Virus record (IMG/VR): IMGVR_UViG_3300008012_000002 | Coordinates: 1 to 59,735 of that record | Direction: 5' to 3' (one strand) | Source of the DNA: a virus | Lineage: Duplodnaviria > Caudoviricetes | DNA length: 59,735 nucleotides | Notes under the pieces: generated by a model | Told to the model about the DNA's origin: nothing | Seen by the model: the letters and a program-made list of their open reading frames with translations, nothing else | Database searches by the model: none | Part shown: piece by piece, positions 29,634 through 40,845 of the stretch | Position numbering within the stretch: position 1 is the first letter of the stretch | Layout: the number at the start of each line of letters is the position of its first letter | Position numbers and translations under genes: made by a program

Positions 29634-31148
29634 ATGCCATCATCACTGAGTTACACTACTGGTTTTAACCACGGATACACTCCGCCTCTGAGCAGAAGGG
29701 ACTTGGTCGATCCTATCGACAAGGATGTATTCGCCCCCTTCAACGACGCTCTTGAAAGCATTGAGGCCAATAGAAAGAAGGCTGAAGAGGAGAAGGCCAA
29801 GAGGCTGGAGGAGCATAAGAAACTCAGAGAGGAAGTAGATACAGCCTCCACAGTAAGCTTGTGGGATGGGGATTACTCCCTGTACAATGAGGTTGGGCAA
29901 TGGCTTATGAGTGACGAGGTGATCAACGAGTTTGCATCTACTCCAGAGGGCATGGCTCAGTGGGAACAAATGGTTCAGCAGTACAGCGATCAGATCGGAC
30001 TCAGTGAGGATTACTACAAGAGCACGTATGGCAGCAACGAGGAGGCAGAAAATCCTACGCTCTCTACATGGAACTCAGGATACTTTAGAAGCTTGCTTCC
30101 AGATCAGAACTTTTACGAGAACGTTAGCATGCGCGACACTGTGACTTGGAATCAGATGGAGGCTAGGGCTGCGCAACTCAACGAAGCATATCACGTTCCT
30201 GGAAGCATTAGGTTTGAGAACGGTCAGATCGTGTACACAACCATTGACGGAAAGACCGAGGTTATGGGACAGCACGCTAAGGACATGAAAGTGTTTGACC
30301 CTGGACTTGTCAATCTCGATGTAAGTGGATACGACTACTTTACCAAGGTGGACGATGGTAAGTTCGATACAGAGGAGTCTGTTCGATACCATATCAAGAA
30401 CGCTACTACCGACATGCAGGGCGTGAACTTTAAGCGCATGATGGAGCACTACTTGAACAACGGTGATTTTGACGGTCAGGCCCCCTCGTATGACGAGGTT
30501 ATGGCATCCCCAGACCTTGTTCAGAAGTACGCCCCTTCAGCCCTTGAGATGTGGCAAGATGAGGCTCTTAAGGGTTGGAGAAAGCCCAAGTCAACTACAC
30601 CGAAGACAACGGAGACGCAAACAGATAGAGATAGACGTCTGCGTAGAGAAGCTGGTCTTAATGGAATTAGAGCCATTGGAGACGGAGCGACCTATGTTGG
30701 AGAATTGTTCCGATCTGTTGTGGGTGAAGAAGGCCCAAGCACCGTCCCAGGAAGTACGCTAGACATGCCCTTGCCATTGTCGACAAACATTCAAGTCCTT
30801 GGTGATGACGGAGAGGCTTTGGATATGAAGGTATCAGCAATTAGATACGAAGCTGGTGGTGAGGGGCAAGATGTTATTTACTTGACTGGAACCACCACAA
30901 AGGTCAGTGGCCCTGGTCAAGCACAAACTATCGTTGAGCAACAGGTAAAGGTTACAGCTGATCAGGCAGACATTTTGACATCCCTTTCAGCCGCTATTGA
31001 CTTCGACTACCGAAGGACACTAGAGGAGATCTTGCTTAAATTTGCAGCGGGAGAATACAAAACAACTCCTGCTGGAACACCAAGGTCCAGAGGTCCACAA
31101 CCAGGGACTACGGGGTCGGAGAATAATACAGGCGGTAAAGCTAGATAA
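29634..31148 (+). CDS. Internal virion/ejection protein (putative)
   Basis: Lies between the tail genes and the giant protein. Confidence 0.55.
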   Translation: MPSSLSYTTGFNHGYTPPLSRRDLVDPIDKDVFAPFNDALESIEANRKKAEEEKAKRLEEHKKLREEVDTASTVSLWDGDYSLYNEVGQWLMSDEVINEFASTPEGMAQWEQMVQQYSDQIGLSEDYYKSTYGSNEEAENPTLSTWNSGYFRSLLPDQNFYENVSMRDTVTWNQMEARAAQLNEAYHVPGSIRFENGQIVYTTIDGKTEVMGQHAKDMKVFDPGLVNLDVSGYDYFTKVDDGKFDTEESVRYHIKNATTDMQGVNFKRMMEHYLNNGDFDGQAPSYDEVMASPDLVQKYAPSALEMWQDEALKGWRKPKSTTPKTTETQTDRDRRLRREAGLNGIRAIGDGATYVGELFRSVVGEEGPSTVPGSTLDMPLPLSTNIQVLGDDGEALDMKVSAIRYEAGGEGQDVIYLTGTTTKVSGPGQAQTIVEQQVKVTADQADILTSLSAAIDFDYRRTLEEILLKFAAGEYKTTPAGTPRSRGPQPGTTGSENNTGGKAR

Positions 31149-31157
31149 ACAATCTAC

Positions 31158-34100
31158 ATGAACGAAAACGAACAGCTTCTAAAAGACTACGTTGCTACGT
31201 GGGATAAGTATCAAGACTGGGACACTGTTAACTCAAAGTTCCCAGAGTTTGAAAGTGTAGACCCTCAGATCCTCAAGGACTACGTTGCCACTTGGGAAAA
31301 GTATCAGAACTGGGATCAGGTAAACGAAAGATTCCCAGAGTTCTTCCCTGAAAAAAAAAAGGATGGAGCATCCGAATCGGACGCCTCTCCATCTCCTGGA
31401 TACGGAACTGAGCCTGGAACCCTAGGCTGGACCTTAACTAAGTTCTTCAGCAAGATGTCTCCCAACATGGGGATTAAGATGGGGGGCTACGAAATGGAAG
31501 CCGAGGAAAGAAGGCTGGCTGAAGCTGGGCTTCTTGAGGATTTCAACAGGTATGATTTTGGGGATTTTGATGCAAATGCAGTAGCGGTTAATGCTCAGCA
31601 AAAGTCTGACGCCAGAACAGAAAACATTTTCAGCGTACTCGGGGGTGATGAGGAGTTCAGGCTTGGTCTTGCTAAGATTGACGAGAAGAAAGCTGGGGAT
31701 AGGGTTGCTGTTACCACAAATCCTGTGGGGCTGAACATGAATATCAAAACTCATCAGGATAGAGAGATTACTCAGGATGAGATTGATAAGGAGAGAAAGG
31801 AGTACATTAGGTCTGCTTACGAAGAAAGGCTTACAGAGTTTCATCAAGGGGAGCTTAGGGAGTCCATTCTTGAAAACCTTACTCCAGAGCAAAGAGAGGA
31901 TAAGGAGTTTCTTTCTATGCTCTCTGACAAGCTGTACTACCACGCTGGTGTAAATGCAGACCTAGATGGAGATGGCAGATACAATGACCAGCCAATTCTT
32001 CAAGACGCTGTAAACACCTTCGACACGACTATCAATGGTTTAGCAGAGGGCTTGATGGTTCCCGTCATGATGGCCACTATGGAGGAGGAGGAGCTTAAGG
32101 AGGCGTTCACTAATATGAGCGAGATGGATGAGGTTAGAGGTAGACTCCAGACTCAATATGACAGCGGCATTTTTGAATCATACGGAAACCTGGATATCTA
32201 TAACGGAACCAGGCAGTTGCTAAACGGTCTTGTTGGGGCTGTGCCAAGCATCTCCTTAAGCATGACAGGCGGTGTCGGCGCTGTCGTTTTGGGTACAAGC
32301 GGAGGCTTTAAGGCTTACTCGGAGGTGGCTTATGACGATAAGTTCACTAACAACTACGGCAAGTATGGGTACGCCATCGCTAATGGTGTTGGTGACTTTG
32401 CCTTCGCTAAGATTGGAAGCTCCATTTTTAAGGGCGCTGAACAGGCCGCAATCAAGTCTTTTCAGGCTGGAGCTAAGGGGGCTAAGGATGCTGGCAAGTT
32501 CATGACCAAGGAGATGATCAAGGGTTACGGTTACAGAAAGGGTATTGCTTTTTCTTCCGAGTTCCTTGAGGAGGCTGCAACTGAGCTTGCTACAAGCTAC
32601 TTCTCTGCTATTGGTCAGGGGAAAAAGTTTGATCTTTCAAAGGCGATTGGAGGTGTTATTGACGCTGGTCTTATTGGTGGTTTTGCTGGTGTTAGTATCG
32701 ACACGGCTGGTAACGCCTCAGGCAGAGTCAAGGCAGCAGCCAATGCCAGAGCAAACCTCGCTGCAGAAACACAGCGACAACTCGAAGCACAAAAGGCACA
32801 GCTTGAAAGGGAGCTTGCTGGATACGCTACTGGAGATCCGAGGACTCAAGAGATTCAGGCTGAGATTAACAGGATCAACTCTGACATCGAAAGTATTGTG
32901 AGGGGTAGAGAGGATTTCTACACCATGATGAGCGTGCGCCATGAGGCAGACTTCAAAGAGATGCAGGCGCTTGATGCGGAGATCGAAAGAATAGCGTCTA
33001 GACTTAAAGAGGATGGTGTCTCATCAGAAGAGAAATCCGTGCTTGAGGAAAGACAAAAGTCGGCGATCAAGAGAAGACTTGAGATTCAACAGGTTCACAT
33101 TGAAGAAAGTGTTGAGCTAAATCAAGAGGAGTCTGAATCTCTGTTTGGCAGATCCGTTAGCGACGCTATGAGCGCTATTGATGAAGAGCTTGATGCTGCT
33201 AGAAACTCTGCTAATTACCTGAGAGATAGAATGGGAACACAAGACCCACCTTCTCAGGCGGCAGTAGACAAGGCCAATGAAACCGTCAATGAACTGATTC
33301 AGAGAAAGCGCGACATTCAAAAGCTTATCGGTGAGGTTGAGCAAGCAAGAGGTGAGGTAAGATCCGCTAGGGCCGAAGCTCAGACAGAGGGTGGTGACGT
33401 TGAAGCCTTCAACGAAGCCATTGACAAACTTACTGTCCTGGAGGAGGCACTTGCTGAAGCGTCTGGCATCAACGAAAGAACCGTATCGGGACCATCAAGG
33501 TTTGTTGGCGACATCTTGGACATCAATGCGCAGATTGCGAATAGGTCTACACCGCAGTGGACTGAGGCCAACATCGAGGCAATGGAGAGCTCAGGCCTGA
33601 CGAGAGAACAGATCGAAGGCATACTTCAGTCTGAGAACTACGCGATGCTTACCGCTGAAAACCCTAACAACAGGGCTGTCAGTGACGAGTCTAACGATGC
33701 GAACAACAAGAAGGCAGAGGAGTACATCAAGAAACTTGGGCTGAAGTACCATAAGATTATTGGTAGATACGATGGAAAAGGAGAGAACAGCTTCCTTGTT
33801 GAAGGCATGACTAGAGAGCAGGCTGCGGAGTTTGCTAGGCAGTTTAATCAGGAGTCTATCGCCCATAGAGACGGTCTTGTCTTGAGAGACGGGAGCATGC
33901 AGATGTTTGGAGAAGGTGTTAGTTTTGACGACTCCTTTGACAATTTCTTCAGCGCCGTTAAGGACAACGAAGGTAACGTTCTGCGTTTTGCAAAACCTCT
34001 TTCAGACAAGTTCGTAGATAAAGACGGAAATGAAATTACCGCTCAGGAATTTGAGAACCGAGTAAAGGATCTTGAATCCAACATGCAGGCCATCGAAGAC

Positions 34101-37100
34101 TATATCGTAGAACAGGCGAACAAGCAAGAGTCTGAGGCTGAATCCCAAAAGGCTACCATCGATCAAAACACTGGGCTTCCAGAGGGCGCTATTAGCGTCA
34201 ACCCAAAGGCTGGTGTCAAGGTTGGTGAGGGCGGAGTTCTCAATAAGAACGAGGCGAAAACAATTAACAACCTCTTTAAGCTTTTTCAATCCCTGTACGG
34301 CGGTGATGCCAGAATGGTAATTATGCCTGAGGGGTCTCAAGCGTTTATGGGAGAGGGGAACGGGGGACTGTTCATCGACATGAAGGATGGTGTCCCCACC
34401 ATCTTTGTATCCCCTTCTCAGGTTAGAATCAACGCAGCTAATGAAGCATCACAGGCTAAAGAGAAGGGAGTTGCATTCAGGACAAAGTCGTTTGCCGAGA
34501 CAGTCGTCGAGGAAGTGAGTCACGCTGCTGTCGGGCCAGCTTTTCAGAAGCTAACAGAGAACGAACAGATAAAGCTAGAGCAGAGAGCATTTGAGATCGC
34601 CAGAAAAGCAAAGGATAAAGGCGCTCTGTTCAATAGATTGACAGCAAAGAAAGCCACGTACACTGCTCAAGGAAAGCCCGTTTCCATAGTTAGAGAGGAG
34701 GTTGTTCTCGACCTGATCTCGGCTTTGTCTGGAGGATCAAGCGAAGTAAATCTGGGAATGATTGATGGCGTAAGACGCCTCGTTAACGAGATCCTCGTAA
34801 AGGCTGGTATGGCCAAGGAGATGCAGATCAAAGATCCGAACTCGATCTTCCGTGTTGCAGCACAGCTTAACGCGGCAAGAAAGTCTGGCGCTTCGTTTGA
34901 TGCTAACGTTAACACCAGGAAGGACACAGAAGCCAAAGCTTCTGGGGCTTTGAATCCGTTCACGCTCAAGCAAGGACCTGACGGTAAGGTAACAGTTAAA
35001 CTCCTTGAAGCTGTTTATACATACAAGAAAGGATTTAAGAAGGATGTAGGCAGCAGAGAAGTAACTAGAAAGTTTAACGACAAGTACCACTTCGTAAATT
35101 GGTGGAAGAAGGCAACCAACTTTGGAGCGGATACACATTACTCACGATTCCAAACCGAAGATGGAAAGGATATTAACATGGGGGCTGTTAAGAAAAACTT
35201 CGGAAGAGGTCAGCAACCAACAGGAGACATCGTCAAGGACGGACTAGAGGTCTACAAGGAAAGAGTCCTTGAAGCAGAAAGGCAGGGGCTTATCGACAGC
35301 AACGCTAAGCGTATGATGTTGAACAACTACTACTCTGTCAAAAGAAACTACAGCGCAGAACTCAAGAAGACTGGATACAAAAACTCTGACGGGTTCAGCT
35401 ACGAGAGTTACGTAAGGAGCATGAACGAGAAGGCGGAAGAGATGCTCAAGAGAGCAAGCGACCGCACGGGAAAGGGTTTTGAGTTTGATCAAGACACGCC
35501 TTCTGGAAAAGCTTCTCAGATGTTGAAGCTTGACTTGATGGAGAAAGGTATGTACCTGAGCCTCATTGAAAAGGGCGATGCCCTATCAACTAGATATGGT
35601 ATCAACTTTGACCCATCCAACAAGGCGCTCACTAGAATGCTTCACTCCTCTGTAGCTAAGGAAGTGTACGGTATTGACTACGACAACCAGTCAGAGGCTG
35701 AGGTAATTGAAAGAACCACAAGCGCACTGCTTGGATTGGTTCGATCTTACTACGGAACCGTGGGGCAAAGAGTAGAGATGTTTGGCGCAGATCCAATAGA
35801 GTTCTTTGCTAAGGATAAGGAGCAAGCTGAGATTGACGTAGACAACATGCTTAAGGAGTTTGTAGGCGGTGAAGTCGATTCGTCTAGAGAAGGGTTTTTA
35901 GTCGCCTATCAGTTTGTAAAGGCGCTTGCTTCGGTGGGCAACAAGGCAAAACCCAACATTAACCTTGCTAAGCAGATCATGCTTGAGTCAGCGAGATGGA
36001 GAAGCAGCGGAGGTAACGCTTACATTGATCCAAGGATCATTCAAGACATCAGAGAGGGTTCTGATTCTGCAGGACTGGACATCTCTGGAGTTCCAGGTAA
36101 GACGAGAAAAACTATTGCCGATAACCTCGATAAGTTCAACGAACAGATGGAGTCGTTTCAATCAACGGAAGGACAGTATAACATCGTTCAGTTCTTGGAC
36201 GCAATGAATCAAGTTGATTCTACTGCAAAGTCTGGAGCCAAGAGGTTTGTAGCTCAGTCTGTGTTCTCTGAAAAGGTAGGGGCTTTCGCCCTGAACCTGA
36301 ACGGGAACGAGGAGGCTATGACCATCGACAGCCACATGGGTAGAACGATTCTGCAACTACTAGGTAACTACAATACGTTCGAGGGGGTCATGGATAGGCA
36401 CAGAGATAGGCTCGCCTCTATGACCGATATGCCAAGCATAGCGGATAGCGCTACTGGACAGTTGGACGCATTTAAGGAAGAGGAGTACGACAGAAAGCTG
36501 ATCGATAGAGCGAGCAATCTTGCAGCTAAGTCTGAGAAGTCTGTCCGAGGCAAGCTTGAGCGAATGCTTGAGAGTATTGCTGGAGAGGACAAGCCTATTC
36601 CTACGAACTACAAGAAGCGCAGAGTAATGGAGACTGTGATTGCTAACGTAGCAAGCGAAATGGGTATGCCTATCTCACAGTTCACGCAACTCCTTTTTGC
36701 AGATGGTCAGGTGATGAGGGGTAGAGCGGCAGGGCCAGGGCTTTACGAGGATTTTGCCACAGCCGCAGAGCAAGCAAGACTCATGGAGGATATGACAGAA
36801 ACCGAAAGAAGACAAGCGATGCTTGACAACCTTACGGTTAGTGCAATCAACGAAGCTACCGCTGAGGCTAGACGAAAAGAAAACTTGAAGAAGCAACTGG
36901 AGGCTGAGGGATCTGCAATGCCTACTGCGGCGGATGAAGTAAAGGCTTCGTCTCAACTGTCCCTTGATCTAGTGCCCAAGCAGAATGCCGACGAGTCACC
37001 CCTCTATAGAAGAAGAACAGCCTCAGAAGCCCTTCAGGTTTCTCCTGATGTAAAGATCAGCGACAGAAAGGTGATGGACGCCCTTGGCACTGACGCTACT

Positions 37101-40100
37101 TCAAGAAGAATTTTAGGTAAGAACTCTCAACTTACTGAAGGACAACAAGTTGGAGTCAGGCTTAACCTGAATGTGATGAAGAACACTGGTGTTCCAGTTC
37201 AGACTCTGCACAGCAAGAATGCTACTGGTGAGGCTTTGAGATACGCAGGTGTGGTCACTGTTAAGAACCCAACCCTTGCTGTGAATCAGAATGCCAGAAG
37301 AAAGATCTTCTCATTCCAAGAGAACAAGTTTCCAATGGCTAGCGTCAATGGTGAGTTCCTTACAGACAAGATCTCTGAGTCTAACTTCGACGGGGTGAAG
37401 GCCTTCTTCAATCCGTTCAAGCACAATGTATTCGTTGATGCTCAAGGACGTCCGATCAAGAGTGCAGGTGAAGCCACCATCGTGGGTAACACGGTGTACT
37501 TGAGAGGTGACATTGAATACTACGACTACAACGATCCAATTTTGAAAGAGGGTAGGACTGAAAGTCCAGAGCAGAAAGCGAAGAGAATCGAAAGAGGGCC
37601 TAAGTACGACAAGGCTGTCAATAGGTTTAGAGCTTATGCCGAACGAGTGATGGGTCTTCAATTCGCTAATGATGAAGATGTCCGCGAGGCATACGACAAC
37701 ATGACCTTTACTTCTCAGGTGGCGCTCAACGAAAGCGAGGTTGCTTCTAGAGCTGAGGAGGCTGTTGAACGAGCCTCGACTAGGTTGATTATCAGGAAGA
37801 CCGCTGGCAAGGCTGCTAGAAAGTATGGGTCAGTTCGTAATCAAATCCTTCAGGACCCGAAGAACTATTTCTCAAGACAGAGCATCGCAAAGGTTAAAGA
37901 CAACCTTGAAGTGATGACGGATCAAGAGCTTGTTGACATCATGACTGACGACGCTCTTGGTAGGCTTCAGAATAGGAACGATGATATGGGTGTGCTCGCT
38001 TCTGCAGAGATGATCAAGAGGGCTGTGGCTCGCGGAGACATGGATGCTATCCCTGGGATTGTAGCCGAGGCTGCAGCAATGGGGACTACAGCGGGTAGAT
38101 TGTTGAGACACTTCCGTGAGCTTAAGAACTCTACCCCAGTGGGTATCACTCAAATCATCAGAAAGGAAGTTGAGGCAAGAGGAAGAACCTTAAACTCAAA
38201 GCAAGAGTCTCAGCTTGAAACAATCGCTGGGAACCTGTTTAGACTTCAAGCAGAAGTAGAACAGCTTATGAAAGATGGCGCTCAAGGCATCGACGTGGAC
38301 GCTGAACTCAAGGCTAAGACTAAGGAGATGAAGGAGGCTGAGAGAGCTCTCGATACGTTCGCCAACACAGTCATTGAAAGAAGCTGGAGTGAGATTGGAC
38401 AAATGCTCATTCAAGGAAACTTGTTGACGCCGATGTCTCAGATCACAAACGTTGGCGCAAACATCATTAACGCTATTGGTCAGATCGGTGTGGACTTGGT
38501 TGGATACCCAGTCGAAAGACTGATCAACATCTTTGATAGGAACTCAGAGCCAGCTCGCAGACCATCGATCTCCGCTTACATGTACGGAGTGAGAAAGTTT
38601 GGTAGTGGTTTCATTGAAGCCCTCAACGAGGTCGTCACTGGTCAACAGCAGGACGTTACAGAGTGGAGAGTTAACAGAGGGTTCATGCCGTTCAGATCTT
38701 TGAAGGCGGCTGTAGCGAACGACAACCTCCCCCTTATGATGGACGGAGAGCCAAGAGTTATTGACAGTCAGTTTGTGAAGTTGCTCGTTCAGGGGACTGT
38801 TGGTATTCCAGCTGAGATCATGTTTAGATTCCTATCGCTCGGTGATACACCATTCAGAAGAATGTTTGAGGGTATTGATCTCTACGAGCAAGCTACTGAG
38901 ATGGGGCTGGAGGGAGAAGCCAGAGAAAACTTTATCAAGTATCCAGGCAAGAGGGCCAAGGAGGTTGCCGAGAGACGAGGTAGAAAGCTGACGTTCCAAG
39001 AGGAGACTGCCGCATCCAGAATGGCTGACGAGGGAATCAAAGTCATTGAAAAAATCTTTGATGGCATTCCATTCATGGATGGTAAGTTCCTTGTACGGAC
39101 GTTTATCCCATACAGAAGAACCCCAGCTAACATGCTCTATGAGACGCTGACTTTTGCTGCACCTCCAGTAGCTATTGCGAGAGCTTACAATGCTTTGGCA
39201 GAAGGAGATAGCAGAGAGGCGTCGCAGAATATCGGCAAGGCTGTTATTGGTGGTATGGCATCTACAACAGCGATCATGCTTCTCAAAGAAGGTTTGCTTA
39301 GTGGACCGATTGACTTCGGAGATGACGAAGAGAGAAACCTTATGTATGATCAGTTCCCTCCGAACAGCGTCAACGTAAGCGGGCTTCGGAGACTTCTCGC
39401 TGGAGAAGACCCAGCCAAGCAGCCTGATGATTACTTCATCTCGTACAACAAGCTTGGAATTATTGGGGCCATCTTTGGTGCCGTTGCTAAGGGCACATCG
39501 AAGCAAGAGATTCTTGAGCGAGGAGACACGCCTTTGATTACTCATACAATTCAAGACGCATTCGGACTTAAGGCATTCTCTACTATGTCTCACATGATGG
39601 ATCAAAGCTTCCTCCAAGGCATTCAAGGTCTTACTGGAATCCTTTCTGCGGCTACTGAGGGTGAGGTTGAGAGGGCAGTAGAGAACTGGTTCAAGAGCAT
39701 GTGGCAAGCAACCACAGCCATGGCTCTCCCGAACACTCTCTCAGCTTTGTACAGGTCTCACAGAGAGTACCTGCCAGACACAAGAGTGACCAAGGACATG
39801 GACGTCATGAAAAGAATGTACACAGCGGGTAAGTACATCGTTCTTAACAGGACATTTGGATTGGGTAATGTGCCAGTCAGAGTAAACTGGAAAGGAGAGC
39901 CCATTCAACAGACTCCAAGAGGTGCCGACGAATACATGTACCAGTTGTTCGACATCACCAAGGCGAGACAAGCTGAAGCAGATCCAGTATCCAACGAGAT
40001 CTACAGGCTGTTCGAGCGAACAGAAGAGATCACTACTGCGGTGGGAACTCCGAGGTTTGCTAGTACGTCTCAGGTCAGCATCCCTGACGTGATTAAGCCT

Positions 40101-40430
40101 AGAGATAAGTACATGGCAAGACGCGCAGGTGTGGACTTCGATTGGATGGATGATAAAGAGTTCATGAAAGAGAGCGTCCGACTCAACACAGAGCAGATCA
40201 ATCGCATGATGGCTGTGGCGGGTAAGAACCGATACGCAGATCTGGAAAAGCTCATCAACACGAGAATCTACAATGCGGCTACTGACGAGGAGAAGATTGA
40301 CATGATGGATGAGATCAACAGAGATTACTCAAGAGCGTGGTCTTACGAAGGAACCAACCTTGCACCGCACACGGTAGAGCTCTGCAAAATCCTAAACGAA
40401 ATCTATGAAGCAAGAAAGAAAGAAGATTAA
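31158..40430 (+). CDS. Giant polyvalent internal virion/DNA-ejection protein (3090 aa)
   Basis: Coiled coils, DUF3293-like LTAENP module, degenerate zincin EEVSH, HhH-GPD-like TIDSHMGR. Confidence 0.75.
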   Translation: MNENEQLLKDYVATWDKYQDWDTVNSKFPEFESVDPQILKDYVATWEKYQNWDQVNERFPEFFPEKKKDGASESDASPSPGYGTEPGTLGWTLTKFFSKMSPNMGIKMGGYEMEAEERRLAEAGLLEDFNRYDFGDFDANAVAVNAQQKSDARTENIFSVLGGDEEFRLGLAKIDEKKAGDRVAVTTNPVGLNMNIKTHQDREITQDEIDKERKEYIRSAYEERLTEFHQGELRESILENLTPEQREDKEFLSMLSDKLYYHAGVNADLDGDGRYNDQPILQDAVNTFDTTINGLAEGLMVPVMMATMEEEELKEAFTNMSEMDEVRGRLQTQYDSGIFESYGNLDIYNGTRQLLNGLVGAVPSISLSMTGGVGAVVLGTSGGFKAYSEVAYDDKFTNNYGKYGYAIANGVGDFAFAKIGSSIFKGAEQAAIKSFQAGAKGAKDAGKFMTKEMIKGYGYRKGIAFSSEFLEEAATELATSYFSAIGQGKKFDLSKAIGGVIDAGLIGGFAGVSIDTAGNASGRVKAAANARANLAAETQRQLEAQKAQLERELAGYATGDPRTQEIQAEINRINSDIESIVRGREDFYTMMSVRHEADFKEMQALDAEIERIASRLKEDGVSSEEKSVLEERQKSAIKRRLEIQQVHIEESVELNQEESESLFGRSVSDAMSAIDEELDAARNSANYLRDRMGTQDPPSQAAVDKANETVNELIQRKRDIQKLIGEVEQARGEVRSARAEAQTEGGDVEAFNEAIDKLTVLEEALAEASGINERTVSGPSRFVGDILDINAQIANRSTPQWTEANIEAMESSGLTREQIEGILQSENYAMLTAENPNNRAVSDESNDANNKKAEEYIKKLGLKYHKIIGRYDGKGENSFLVEGMTREQAAEFARQFNQESIAHRDGLVLRDGSMQMFGEGVSFDDSFDNFFSAVKDNEGNVLRFAKPLSDKFVDKDGNEITAQEFENRVKDLESNMQAIEDYIVEQANKQESEAESQKATIDQNTGLPEGAISVNPKAGVKVGEGGVLNKNEAKTINNLFKLFQSLYGGDARMVIMPEGSQAFMGEGNGGLFIDMKDGVPTIFVSPSQVRINAANEASQAKEKGVAFRTKSFAETVVEEVSHAAVGPAFQKLTENEQIKLEQRAFEIARKAKDKGALFNRLTAKKATYTAQGKPVSIVREEVVLDLISALSGGSSEVNLGMIDGVRRLVNEILVKAGMAKEMQIKDPNSIFRVAAQLNAARKSGASFDANVNTRKDTEAKASGALNPFTLKQGPDGKVTVKLLEAVYTYKKGFKKDVGSREVTRKFNDKYHFVNWWKKATNFGADTHYSRFQTEDGKDINMGAVKKNFGRGQQPTGDIVKDGLEVYKERVLEAERQGLIDSNAKRMMLNNYYSVKRNYSAELKKTGYKNSDGFSYESYVRSMNEKAEEMLKRASDRTGKGFEFDQDTPSGKASQMLKLDLMEKGMYLSLIEKGDALSTRYGINFDPSNKALTRMLHSSVAKEVYGIDYDNQSEAEVIERTTSALLGLVRSYYGTVGQRVEMFGADPIEFFAKDKEQAEIDVDNMLKEFVGGEVDSSREGFLVAYQFVKALASVGNKAKPNINLAKQIMLESARWRSSGGNAYIDPRIIQDIREGSDSAGLDISGVPGKTRKTIADNLDKFNEQMESFQSTEGQYNIVQFLDAMNQVDSTAKSGAKRFVAQSVFSEKVGAFALNLNGNEEAMTIDSHMGRTILQLLGNYNTFEGVMDRHRDRLASMTDMPSIADSATGQLDAFKEEEYDRKLIDRASNLAAKSEKSVRGKLERMLESIAGEDKPIPTNYKKRRVMETVIANVASEMGMPISQFTQLLFADGQVMRGRAAGPGLYEDFATAAEQARLMEDMTETERRQAMLDNLTVSAINEATAEARRKENLKKQLEAEGSAMPTAADEVKASSQLSLDLVPKQNADESPLYRRRTASEALQVSPDVKISDRKVMDALGTDATSRRILGKNSQLTEGQQVGVRLNLNVMKNTGVPVQTLHSKNATGEALRYAGVVTVKNPTLAVNQNARRKIFSFQENKFPMASVNGEFLTDKISESNFDGVKAFFNPFKHNVFVDAQGRPIKSAGEATIVGNTVYLRGDIEYYDYNDPILKEGRTESPEQKAKRIERGPKYDKAVNRFRAYAERVMGLQFANDEDVREAYDNMTFTSQVALNESEVASRAEEAVERASTRLIIRKTAGKAARKYGSVRNQILQDPKNYFSRQSIAKVKDNLEVMTDQELVDIMTDDALGRLQNRNDDMGVLASAEMIKRAVARGDMDAIPGIVAEAAAMGTTAGRLLRHFRELKNSTPVGITQIIRKEVEARGRTLNSKQESQLETIAGNLFRLQAEVEQLMKDGAQGIDVDAELKAKTKEMKEAERALDTFANTVIERSWSEIGQMLIQGNLLTPMSQITNVGANIINAIGQIGVDLVGYPVERLINIFDRNSEPARRPSISAYMYGVRKFGSGFIEALNEVVTGQQQDVTEWRVNRGFMPFRSLKAAVANDNLPLMMDGEPRVIDSQFVKLLVQGTVGIPAEIMFRFLSLGDTPFRRMFEGIDLYEQATEMGLEGEARENFIKYPGKRAKEVAERRGRKLTFQEETAASRMADEGIKVIEKIFDGIPFMDGKFLVRTFIPYRRTPANMLYETLTFAAPPVAIARAYNALAEGDSREASQNIGKAVIGGMASTTAIMLLKEGLLSGPIDFGDDEERNLMYDQFPPNSVNVSGLRRLLAGEDPAKQPDDYFISYNKLGIIGAIFGAVAKGTSKQEILERGDTPLITHTIQDAFGLKAFSTMSHMMDQSFLQGIQGLTGILSAATEGEVERAVENWFKSMWQATTAMALPNTLSALYRSHREYLPDTRVTKDMDVMKRMYTAGKYIVLNRTFGLGNVPVRVNWKGEPIQQTPRGADEYMYQLFDITKARQAEADPVSNEIYRLFERTEEITTAVGTPRFASTSQVSIPDVIKPRDKYMARRAGVDFDWMDDKEFMKESVRLNTEQINRMMAVAGKNRYADLEKLINTRIYNAATDEEKIDMMDEINRDYSRAWSYEGTNLAPHTVELCKILNEIYEARKKED

Positions 40431-40845
40431 GGATACAAAGCTCGGTCAGTGGCTTAAGAGTAAGGCTCCTGACGTGCTTGATACGGTAGCAGACTTGCTT
40501 CCAGATAAGGGCGGACTTGGAGTTGTAAAGAATCTCCTCGACAAAAAGCCTGACATCGATCCACAGGAAGTGCAAGCACGCATCGATGCTGAGGTACAGT
40601 TTCAGAACAACGTGACTGAGAGGTGGAAGGCAGACATGGGTAGCGACGTCAAGATTGCAAAGTACATCAGACCCGTGACTTTGATCTGTTTGATGGCGAT
40701 GTTTATGGCCACTATGATAGCTGACTCCCTTGATAATCTGCCCTTTAACGTTAAGGATAGTTATGTATCTTTGCTTGAGATCTTAATGCTCACTGCGTTC
40801 GGCGCTTACTTTGCTGGGAGGACAATAGAAAAGGTCAGGAAATGA
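40405..40845 (+). CDS. Holin (3TM holin family)
   Basis: RW.ADM.SD...K.IRP, hydrophobic helices, AYF.GRT.EK. Confidence 0.75.
   Translation: MKQERKKIKDTKLGQWLKSKAPDVLDTVADLLPDKGGLGVVKNLLDKKPDIDPQEVQARIDAEVQFQNNVTERWKADMGSDVKIAKYIRPVTLICLMAMFMATMIADSLDNLPFNVKDSYVSLLEILMLTAFGAYFAGRTIEKVRK

Noticed and set aside
38832-39707. 291-aa antisense ORF (and similar shadow ORFs such as 14527..15138 and 8535..9125)
   Set aside because: They overlap well-supported genes and show no protein-like motifs
31158-40430. crAss-like virion RNA polymerase
   Set aside because: No convincing catalytic DxDxD motif seen, and the promoters are host-type
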